Assembly (NCBI GenBank): GCA_963693365.1
Contig: CAVNZM010000006.1
Span: forward strand, 1,054,001-1,118,000
Length of the DNA: 64,000 nucleotides
From: Amoebidium appalachense
Taxonomy: Eukaryota; Protista; Ichthyosporea
Direction: 5' to 3'
Under the pieces are notes generated by a model. That model saw only the letters and a list, made by a program, of their open reading frames with translations, did not search any database and had not been told where the DNA came from. The position numbers and the translations under genes were made by a program. Of the stretch, positions 37,741 through 64,000 are shown piece by piece. How positions within the stretch are numbered: the stretch's first letter is position 1; the number at the start of each line of letters is the position of its first letter.

Positions 37741-37841
37741 TTAGTTCACGTATCATACTCAGTCTCAAAAGTGTGTCTTGAGGCAGCTAGCACCACCAAA
37801 TCATTTGAAACCTTATGCAGCCAGAATCCGGTTTGATACCA

Positions 37842-37872
<31 letters not shown>

Positions 37873-37985
37873 ATTCCCCCACCCACCCCCCCCCCGTTGA
37901 TCACGTTCTGACACACACTATTGCAAGCAGATCAACAGACATGCCATAAATCACACATCACACACCACGTGGAAAAGTCAAATGA

Positions 37986-38262
37986 GCCTGCTCCGAGCAG
38001 AATAATTCTGCACAAAGCAAAACGTTGTCACTAGAGGCAGAAAAATCTGCTTTTAGTAGAGTTATATGTATTCAGCAAAAGCATAGTTATTCTGCTTAAG
38101 GCAGAGTATCTAATAGTTCTCGGCGGTTTTAGCAGAGATATTTTGCTTTTAGCAGGACTCGAAATCATATATCCGATGTATAGAAGTATTCTCATGAGAA
38201 GCGGAATCATTCTTCATCTGCAGGAGCAGAAGTGTTCTGTACTTTGTGCAAGCTTCTGCTTG
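37986..38262. repeat. Degenerate array of about 20-bp self-complementary units (consensus near AGCAGAATAATTCTGCTTTT)
   Basis: Units include GCAGAATAATTCTGC, GCAGAAAAATCTGC, TCTGCTTAAGGCAGA, GCAGAGATATTTTGC and GCAGAAGTGTTCTGT. Confidence 0.55.
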
Positions 38263-38419
38263 TGTCTTTATAAGCTTTATTAATAATGTTGCACCCCTCA
38301 AGTAGTGTTCCTGTCACGTTTCTTGATCACGTACGTATATATCATATTTACAGCACAATTACAATGGAATTCTGCATATATTACACAGGCAGCCACCAGG
38401 GACTTCGGGCTGTACAAAA

Positions 38420-39202
38420 CTATTCATCATCGTTATTATGCTCAATTGCTTTCCCGTTTTTGTCCAGGCACGGCTTGGGCCACCCCTGATTCAACTTGGA
38501 GTCCGGCTGCACACACTGGCCGGCACACGAAGTGAAGCTTGTGTTGCTGTTGCACACCAGCCCAGCACCACACCCGGCCGAAGTAAACGACCAGTCACGG
38601 AGGAAAGAATACGAGCCCTCCTGGATGGGGCACAACCCCCCCTCAGTGGTCTGCCTCGCACCACATCCAGCCCAGGTCACGTTGGCCAGAATGCTGTAGT
38701 TGCTCCAGTCATCACTCTGGTCGTGGTAGAGCTTATCCCCCACCACACCGAAAAACTCATTGTCCGCACAGCTGGAATTTGCACGTGCGGGGTCAACAAA
38801 GAGCCCAGCGGCACCGGTAGCGTCAAATTTCTTTGCCGTGGCCATTGTGAAGTTCTGCAGTGAGGTATACAGAGTGCACTTGCTGGACCGGCGAATAAAT
38901 GCAATGCATTTTTCATCTGCACGGCACTGCTGCGAGCAGTCTCCACACGCAAGGAACTTGAGTCGTTTGGATTCTACTCGTGGCAATGAGGACTGGGAGG
39001 CAATTATGGGCTGGAGGGAGTGGAAAGAAGGCGAGAACAGTGAAGCGATAGTATGTGGAGTTGGTATAGAAAATAAGAGAGCAGAGCCTGAGAGTGCCGT
39101 GAGGGGCTGACAGGCGGCGGGGGCGGCGGCATGCAACCCGGCAGGGGGCAGGGACGGGGGAGAGGGAGGAGGGGGGGGGGGGAGAGAGAGAGGGTCTTGC
39201 AT
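38420..39202 (-). CDS. Intronless Cys-rich, probably secreted protein with a PAN/apple-like domain
   Basis: 260-aa ORF. CGDCSQQCRADEKCIAFIRRSSKCTLY fits the PAN C-x3-C-x5-C-x-AF...C-x-L pattern. Several N-x-S/T sites and a Cys-rich C-terminus. The start codon and N-terminus are uncertain. Confidence 0.65.
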   Translation of the reverse strand: MQDPLSLPPPPPPSPPSLPPAGLHAAAPAACQPLTALSGSALLFSIPTPHTIASLFSPSFHSLQPIIASQSSLPRVESKRLKFLACGDCSQQCRADEKCIAFIRRSSKCTLYTSLQNFTMATAKKFDATGAAGLFVDPARANSSCADNEFFGVVGDKLYHDQSDDWSNYSILANVTWAGCGARQTTEGGLCPIQEGSYSFLRDWSFTSAGCGAGLVCNSNTSFTSCAGQCVQPDSKLNQGWPKPCLDKNGKAIEHNNDDE

Positions 39203-39920
39203 ACAGTCGGTCTAATAGTGTCGCACTCCCCCGTCCCCAAAACCACCATATGCTAATTGATGGTTTGTAGATGGTCATGACGCTACTGTTTAGCACCCGG
39301 GTGCAAATGATCTCGTGCATGCATGGAATAATTGAAATTGCCACGTACGGCCATGCATGCCCATGCACATGCACATGCCAAGCCATGATTTAATAACCGA
39401 GCATGTACATGGCCTTTGCCAATGCCATTTTTTTTACCTAAAACACCTATGTATGCTAAAAGACCGCGGCACGTTTCTAACAAACATGTTCGGCGTTGTA
39501 AGGCACTGTGACAAGCTTACAGCCGTCTTTCACACAGGCTCGTTGTCTGATAGGCTTTTGTATAATCAAAAATTTCTGCCTGGATCTCGCGCGGCTGTGA
39601 CCTGAGAATTTCCGCCATCAACAAATTACACATTCTTTCACAGAATAACCAAATATAGGTATAGAAGAAAGACAGTGATTAGCTCTTAATGCAATTTACA
39701 CTTTTATGCTACAGTATTTAGACTGTCCCACATTCTTCCCCAAAATTCTTGACCCAGTCGGAGTTCGGTCGAGCTCCCACTCAGTACTACATACTAACCT
39801 TACTAACTACCACTTTTTTCAAGACTATATATTTGATTCTCTATTACTCCACATATTCTATTAAGCATTCCCTACCTTATACACACTTTATATGGCATTC
39901 CCTACTACCCTCTTGGCCTC

Positions 39921-49190
<9,270 letters not shown>

Positions 49191-49485
49191 ACAGAGAAAG
49201 ATACAAAGTGATGTCTCTTATTTCGAATTGTTTTTCTTGTTTAGGCGTTTTGGCTGGTGGTGTGTTCTGTTTAGGGCAGTGTCAAGTTTCAAACGTATCC
49301 ATCGTGTTTTCTTTCCTTTTTTTTTGTCAATCATGTTTTTCCCCCTTTTAAGGGTGATTATAAGGGTGAATGGAGAAGAGGTGTGTTGTGTGTTTTTGTG
49401 TTTGGGGGAAAGGGGAGGTGAGGAAGAAAAGAGGGGGTGGGTGCAGGGGGAAGAGGGAGGGAGGCAGGAGTGGGGGGTGGTGTGT

Positions 49486-49516
<31 letters not shown>

Positions 49517-51044
49517 GGGGGGGGGTAGTGGTGGTGGGGGGGGGGGGGTAGTGGTGGTGGTGGGGGGGGGGGGGGGGGGGGGGGGGGAGGATCATGTTAC
49601 AGATAGCTTTTGGGGGCACATCCGAATGTATGAGATTAGAGCTATCGGATTGGCTATATCGTTAGACCTCGTACTTGTCTTTTGGTGTCGTAGATTTAGG
49701 CCCATATTTGGCAGACTGGGGCAAGGGTCTGATTTGATTGGCCTGTAGTCACGAGTGCCCCACTGGTGGGCTCTACAACGAATGAATGTCGAAGAGCAGA
49801 TAATCGTCGATGACTGTGTGTGCACGTGTGCAAACAACCCCCCCCCCCCCCCCCCCCTTCCCCGCCCGGCCTGCCTGTCACCACCACTACACTCACACCC
49901 ACACGTAACACACGCGGCCCATGCTTCACGTGTAATAAAATATTGCCCACTGCACCTCAGGCTGGCTAAATAGTACGTATGTGTGTACAGACTCTGAGCC
50001 GTTTACGTGCATGTACGTGACACTGTGTGTGTGTGTTACGTTACACATGCACACACGTGTGCACACAACACACGCGCACAGACACAGCATACACATGTGC
50101 ACAAACATGTGGAGCACACGTACGTACACACAACACTGCAGCCGAGACACGTGACACGCACTCGCATGCAGACACTTGCTCTGGCCCACATGCGCCAAGG
50201 GCTCCTGGCCAGCCATGGCCAGGAGGCCTTGCCATACGCACACCCGACCTGCCCCCCACAACGGTATAGATCACCTACCAGTGACTTCACTATATTGCTT
50301 AAGAAAACCAGGGTAGCTACGCAACGGTTGTACAAATACCATCAAATTTGCCTGTAGCTATAACTGATAATAATTTGCACATGTGTAATACTATGATGGA
50401 TATCGATATCCAAAAATCCACACATGTGCGTACCTATAACTGTACGGCTGCGGCACCATACCACACACAGCTCATACGAACTTTAATTTCGATTATGAAC
50501 GAGAGTCATGTCTGACACGGTTACGTACACGTAATATTGTAACATACGCGTGCACCTACCACTCTACCGGTACCTGTGTAGCACCCAAAGTCAGAGATTA
50601 GTTCATTTAGACCATCATATCTACCATCTTAGCCTAGGCGTTTAGAAACGTTGGCAGCATATATACTATTACTCCACACACAGAGCTCTGTACATGGGTG
50701 TGGGCCTTATCAAGCATCCAGCATATACCCGAAAGCAATCACTTATGCATCGCGTGCTATGTGTGTGATGCCATACTTTGATGTGGTGTGTAAAATTAAT
50801 ATTTGACAGCGTCTACACGCACGGTTGTGTTTAAATATTGGTGCAAGTGTGTTCTTGGAACCCCAATACCTGAAAATGGTCTCCCGTGTCTCAAGTAAAC
50901 AGCGTGAACCATTCTATATGCATCTTACGTACAGTATGTACAAAAAACATAAAAAAATTTCCCCCCAAAAAAATCAAAAATAAAATCAGCCATTCGATGC
51001 ATTATACCTATTTCGTACATACCATACCCAAAAATCAAATCCAA

Positions 51045-52043
51045 TCATTCATAGAGTTGGGGATACTGCTCCAAAAAGAAATACAGCCCCAGAATCACAG
51101 GCAAAGAGACCACCGTACCAAACGTAATTGATTGGTTCAACAGGTCAGCGTGCACCTTAAAGTATCGCGCAAACGAGTATGGGGTGATGGCTTGTGGCAT
51201 AACAGCCTGCATTGTTACCACCTTCCACTCCACCCCCCTTAACCCAATCGCATACGCTACAACCCCCATGGAAACGGGGGATACAAAAAACCGCAAGAAA
51301 AACGAAACACACAGAAGCAACCTCTGTCCAGCCGGCGGGAAAAAGTTATCTGAACAATAAAGGGTATATCCCACATTGAAAAATGCTATCCCGGTCAGGC
51401 ACGCACTGAACATGTTAAAGAAATTGCTCATCATCTTGGGCGGCACGTGCGTCGGGTCTATCTTATACGCCATTAACGAATACAAAATTCCCGTAATAGC
51501 CGAGTAGATAAACGTGTTACTGAATAACCGCGTCAGAACCGCCTTTGCCAGCTTCGCCGCAAAAGCGCGCTTTTCCTTCCTTCTATTTATAGACTGTGCA
51601 TCCCTTCCTCTACCCTCGCTCACTTTGTGCGGTTGCGTGATAACGTCATTACTTTCACTCCCGGGGGACACCTCCAATGTACTCGGGTCTGCCGGTGCCT
51701 CGCTCGTACCCTCTCTGTGCCCAGCTACCAGTGCTGACTTTGTAGATTTGGGCGAGGCCTCTGGCAGCTTGCTGGTGGCTGTGTGGTTGCCCTGTTGGGA
51801 CTGCAGCAAACCCATATTAGGCAGGTCAGCGGGTGCTTATGCAGTGAATGCTCCTTAGTGTTATGAGAGGTCATGCTTGGGCAAGGGGCTTAACTACTCC
51901 CTGTTATCGCTTCTCTATAATGTAAACCCCCCCCTCCCCCCCCCCCCCCCCGGGTGCATGCTAACAAGAGCCGATAACTTTAAGTAACAGTGTGCTCTTT
52001 CATCAAAGACATTCCCCTCTCCCAGCCCCCCCCCCCCCCCTCC

Positions 52044-52088
<45 letters not shown>

Positions 52089-53285
52089 ACAGAGAGGAAG
52101 AGAGAAAAACACATACATGCACATACGCACACACACACACACATCACTAACAACAATCAACCACATCACCCTCCCACTGCCTAAGCCACACGTTTTCGTC
52201 ATGTGCTTGACTATATTCACAATATCTACACAAGGAAAGGGAATGGTCGATCCCCCCCCCCTCCCCCCCCCCCCTCTCCCCATCCCCCCCCCCCCCCCAA
52301 AAAAAAAAAAAAGGGAGGAAGGGGGGGGGGGGGGGGGGGCATTATTTTATTTTATTTTATTTTACTTTTTAATTTTTTTGAGGGGGGGGGGGTGCACATG
52401 ACAGCTACATCCGGAAAAGCCCATTGAATGTGACGGAATTATTTGCCTCGACCGGGTTATAAGGGTAGTCACATAGTTCCAACTGCATTATGTGCCTAAC
52501 ACAACCATACACGACTGTTACATCTGTAAAGCTTCCTAACACTCCCTTTCCGTTAGAAAAAGTTTCATTTCCATTAATGACGCCTCGGTATTGACGCTTT
52601 GAGTCCTATACACGCAACATAAAATATGTGAAGCACATACCTGCTGCCCTAGCTGCACCTGGATGGACTCACCCGTCAGCTGCACATCTTCAAGTTGCTG
52701 CTCCAAGGGTTCACTCTCCCCATCTCCTTTCCTCTCCTTCGCTGCAAGTTCTTTCTCCGCACCCACCAACTCATAGAGTGTAACAAGCACCGGCGTAATG
52801 GAGAGATGTCGCGTCACCACACAGAAAACGAGAAGATAATCAACAGAAGACCCATACGCGGCAAGAATGATAGGAATGCCAACGACCATGACGTTTGGGA
52901 ACCCCAACACGGCAAACCAAGTGACCACCCAGTCTAGGCGCAGATATTTTTCCCGCTTGAGAATCTTGAAGATGTATGCGCATATGAATATGCCAGATGA
53001 GACAAACCAAGGCCTGGACTATGACCACAGCAAGAACAAGCGGGTTGGCGTTGTATCTATGGGCAAGGGAAAAACAAGAAAATGAGCAGCTGTGTTCAAA
53101 CCTGTGCATTTTTCTCTTCCATCTAAGCTTTTTCAATCTCTTCCCATGTATTCCAATTCAGTCAACTCCTTATCATTTACACCATCACAGTTCACTGATG
53201 TGTGGTGGTGATGTGTCATCGGCGGGGTGCTGGGAGGCGACGACAGGGAAAGAAGGGGCACTTTTTTTTTTTTTTTTTTTTTGGT

Positions 53286-53317
<32 letters not shown>

Positions 53318-54341
53318 GGGGGGGAATGCTATTATTGCATTAATTTGGGAAGATCACACAGCTTTTCAAAAAACTTATGTTAACCTATTTAGTGAGAAAA
53401 GCAAGGGCGCGGGCACATTTGTAAACATCAGTTCCTTGTGCAATTTCCGAAGTCCCACACTCGTTGGTCTCGGGCACACAAAGCTTCGACAATTGGGCAC
53501 CGTTTACGGGGATGATGTGCACTTACAGGTTTGTCTTTGAAAGCACACCAAAGGTCAGGGCAGGAATGCTGATGATGACCAAAAAACTCTCAAGGCCCTA
53601 CAGGTGCAGCCGTCAGTACTGCAGAGGTGCTATATCGACCGCTTCCTGCTACCTATGCTGATAACCACTTCAACTCCTACAGCTGTACCAATGCCTCCAT
53701 GGATGGTAGGCGAAGTCCCTCTTATGGCTGAATGTACAATGTATGGAGAAACAGTGTAGGACATGATAGTTTGTGGTATGTATGCTACAAAGAAAAAAAT
53801 CCCTGTGTTATCCTATTTCACTCCCATTCGCATGCTTTGGTATATGTCGCGCTTGCGATCCACATCAGTCCATTATTCGATCAGTGGAATCATGTAATGG
53901 GTGCAAGGATCAATTCAACATAACATCTTTCGAATCCAGGTATCATGAACGCCCAGTAATCAGGAATGGTATAGCCATGTTGGAAAAAATAAGACTTCGG
54001 AACCCTACACAATGCATCACTGTGCAAGCATGTGCAAAAATCCCGTTGTCCGTACAAGGGCTGTGATGTCCTTGTTGTCAAAAGACTCGCCTGGTTGTGT
54101 TCTAACCAGAACCCTTGCCATCATCACGGCATAATTGCTTGATAGAAAAAGCGCTATCGTGAGTGTTTCGTTTCGAAACAACATTAAGTGCTAGGGCAGG
54201 ATGACCACAGTTCGTCACAAAGCCAGCACATACCTCGAACCCAGACACAGTGATGTAGTTGAAACGGCCAGCCAGCCAGCCCAGGCCTATTGCAGCGTAC
54301 ATGGGTACAAAGTTGTTGATGGTCTCAGTCACGGCACTCAT
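51045..54341 (-). CDS. PIN-like auxin efflux carrier family (Mem_trans) transporter, 5+5 TM with a central hydrophilic loop, 4 exons
   Basis: Exons 54341-54234, 53597-53527, 53056-52641 (one +1 frameshift near 52995-53010) and 51800-51045. Segments [54 protein letters not shown] and QAVMPQAITPYSFARYFKVHADLLNQSITFGTVVSLP align with recalled plant PIN motifs. Confidence 0.85.
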
Positions 54342-55014
54342 TCTTGCGGTTAGAACTCGAACTTACGGGGTTCACCAACTGCAAGCATTTATAGTCTGCC
54401 ACCTGCACACCTTGTGCAAGTCAGTGTGTCAAGAACCAAAAACAATGCGTTACTTTAACTGTAAGGAAGAGTTGTGCATAAATAGGTGCTTGCGGCCTGC
54501 ATGCTTAAGCCCTCTCGTGTAGCTACGCATGCTGTTCGTGCTCGTGTGCCTATGAAAAAACCACTTGAAAGTTGATCATAATCGAAGAAAACTGTCGGAA
54601 ACTTGAACAGAAAACACGAGGAAAAAGGAAACAGGACTGGTCAAGTGAGCCCTGACGTCATTGTGACACAGAGAAAGCCAATCACTAAGAAAAAGCATTT
54701 TCGTGGGAAAACACGGGATATTTTGAGAAAATTGTACATTCAAAGCTTGACAACTCATGCGATTTCATGCGCGTTGTCAGGCAGCAGGATTTGGAGACAT
54801 TTGGAAGGACGTTACGCAAAATGTGATGACGTCATATCAGGATCTTGATTGGGGCCCATGTGCAAAGTCTCCGGGTGCCACAAACCAAGTTGAAAGGTTT
54901 CTGTGTTACTTTTTGTTGTTACGAGTCAAAAAGGTGTTATTATTATAGTTCTTTTGCTACATAGTGAATAAGTTTATTTTCTATTGTATTTTCAAGTAGT
55001 GTATAATTGACAAA
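54342..55014. promoter_or_regulatory. Compact divergent intergenic region between the PIN-like gene and PSME3
   Basis: About 670 bp between opposing ATGs, free of simple repeats. Minus-strand TATAAA at about 54388-54393, TGACGTCA palindromes at about 54653 and 54827, and CCAAT at about 54679. Confidence 0.45.
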
Positions 55015-62021
<7,007 letters not shown>

Positions 62022-62084
62022 GCTGTATTGAACAGCACATGGGTGGGGCCAAGGTGTGCGGTTCTCTGCTGATTGGGGAATCCT

Positions 62085-62185
<101 letters not shown>

Positions 62186-62576
62186 TTGTAGTCTTAATGC
62201 ACATGTGCTTTTCTTTTGCTTCGTTTTTTGTTCCATTGGCCGTCGTTGTTTTCTGTGTGTAGAACATCAGGGGATACAGGGAAGGATTGTGTTGTATGCC
62301 GAACAACTGAATGCCGTGTTGTAGTGTGAGTACTGACGGCCCCGGTTTACTTTTGCAACCGTTTATTTAGTGTTCAGGTTTTGAAAGGTTCTTGCAAGAA
62401 GCGGAACAGCGAAATATCAGTCGGTGTTTCAGAATCCAGAGGGGTTCTGGCTGCCAGTGGATGTTACTTGTATTATGCATGTTGGTTGGGGGTGGGCCTT
62501 TCCTATGAATAGCCGCTATAAGGAGGCACCAGGATGCACCACTGTTTTGCGTGTTCTTTTCTTTTTTTCTTTTTTC

Positions 62577-62607
<31 letters not shown>

Positions 62608-62653
62608 TTTTGTTCCTCGGAGGAAGCTGGCCGGGGTTTGGGACAGGTGTTAG

Positions 62654-62755
62654 GTGATCATGGCAACACTCCGATACCACACGACACTGTTTATGGTCAT
62701 GTGATCATGGCAACACTCCGGTACCACACGACACTGTTTATGGTCAATGACATGG
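62654..62755. repeat. 47-bp tandem repeat, about 2.2 copies
   Basis: GTGATCATGGCAACACTCCGRTACCACACGACACTGTTTATGGTCA at 62654 and 62701. Confidence 0.85.
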
Positions 62756-64000
62756 CATCGATATCGAAGGTTTCTGTGTCCTTTTGGTTTCTTTGTTAAC
62801 AAATTAAACATAGAAATACTGTGCAGGTACATTTCAATACATATGATCTAATTAGAGTGGGTGAAATGCACTGTTTTACTTTCCGTTGGGCATGCATATT
62901 TACTAAATCATTGAGCTTTGCCGCAGTTACACTGCCATCTTCAGTTGTCACCAACTTCAACTTTTTTCTGTTGTGCAACTTCTGAGCATGTCCAAACGGT
63001 GTGTGCCGCTGAGCGCCTATGTCACGACATGACGATGTAGTATGCATAGCTAATATCGAAAGATAAAAGAGACATCTGCCAGCTTCAGGTTGGCTGCAGC
63101 TGTCAACCTGCGTCATACAAAACAAACAAAACAAACTGTTTACTGACTATTCCACAGATCAGGATCTTCCTTTGCCATCGGCTTGTGTTACAATTGGTCT
63201 CCATTCAGTCGTGTTGTGCACTGAAGCCCCGCGTGATGGCGGCACATGGTTTTTCCTTCACTACCAATACTAGGCCTATTAGGTGACCAGCTGTAGCTGA
63301 GTGCCGCGGCTGCGGCATCATGCGGCGTAGCTAAACTACAGCCTGTGACAGCTGAGATCTAGAAACTGGACTATTACTTGGTCTCAACCTGCTGGCATGG
63401 TGACCAGCATGCAGCTCTTTGCCTGAGGGCCACAACATAACTCACCGGATGAACAATTTTGCCTAAGTAGATGGTGGCCATGGGTCCTCTTTTTCAAGAG
63501 TTCAAGAATTTCACACCCTGATTCACCCTAGTCTATAGACCGGCCTATATCTACATATCCAATAGGCGTGCATACCGGCACTTTTCCGATCTTGTTTGGA
63601 TGCAGAGTACACCAATCAAAAATCGTATATATCAACGAAACTTTACGAAAGCTATTTGACAGGTGCGAAGGTACGGATTGATTGGCTATCGAACCCAAAT
63701 TTGATAGCTCAAGTCTCACTAAACCTGCCAGTCCCGCCAAGTGACGCAGCCTATGCAGTGTGCACGGTCTACTGACCGCGTAAACCAACTAGATGGATTG
63801 TTGGTTTTTTTTTGAGTGATTTAGTAAATCTATACATGAGCTGCATGTACTACCCAGGTAGTCTACTCTACCTTCTACGGTGCTGATTGGTCATCGATCA
63901 GTGATCGGTGATACACTCAAACCCCTTCGGAAGCTAGAACTTTTTCTTTTAAAGTTATTTTTTTATTCAATTGGCAACTTCGTACGGCATTGTCAATAAG

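Larger units (their letters stand above)
36004..37812 (-). pseudogene. EFA6/PSD-like PH domain plus coiled-coil exons, frameshifted (probable pseudogene or poorly polished gene)
   Basis: Exon 37061-36966 reads YEATKAHTHTLQVTTFDYRFLLLQAANENDMR. Exon ~36508-36381 reads EWIRLINFVAAAFSKPP/(shift)ATPIGSLYSAFHWPPQP. Exon ~36190-36005 reads ..NELERFVGLQREQVGIFEIIINDLLDELRMLLENQR and ends at a GTATGT donor. Candidate upstream exons lie at ~37750-37812 and ~37175-37232. Recalled EFA6 pattern: HVFYLRTADWRVFLFQA...[33 protein letters not shown]. Confidence 0.6.

Noticed and set aside
63288-63352. Helitron 3' end (hairpin TGCCGCGGCTGCGGCA)
   Set aside because: There is no CTRR terminus at the expected distance and no second copy in the window.

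Overview
Eukaryotic, very intron-rich genomic DNA, probably from a unicellular opisthokont or holozoan (inferred from gene content and intron style, not proven). Most entries in the ORF track are artefacts of poly-C/poly-G and (CA)n/(TG)n tracts. Splicing by eye at GT-AG boundaries gives these genes: RRP12 (+, 35 exons, 822-25994), an intronless Ser/Thr kinase (-, 27641-28603), a decayed EFA6/PSD-like PH plus coiled-coil gene (-, about 36.0-37.8 kb), an intronless PAN/apple-domain Cys-rich protein (-), ADO/PCO-type cysteamine dioxygenase (+, 8 exons), a membrane carrier closely resembling plant PIN auxin efflux carriers (-, 4 exons) and proteasome activator PA28gamma/PSME3 (+, 8 exons). Three things stand out. 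(1) A dispersed intronic repeat family has an approximately 160-nt core that folds into a G-U-containing rod with compensatory changes and a possible pseudoknot, and it is oriented sense to its host genes. (2) The PIN-like carrier sits among non-plant-like genes. (3) The introns have an unusual grammar: homopolymer runs abut weak donors, and acceptors are CCAATCAG or (CA)nG. A small SINE-like insertion with a perfect 14-bp TSD, a TIR-bounded element and several splice-site-anchored tandem repeats are also present.
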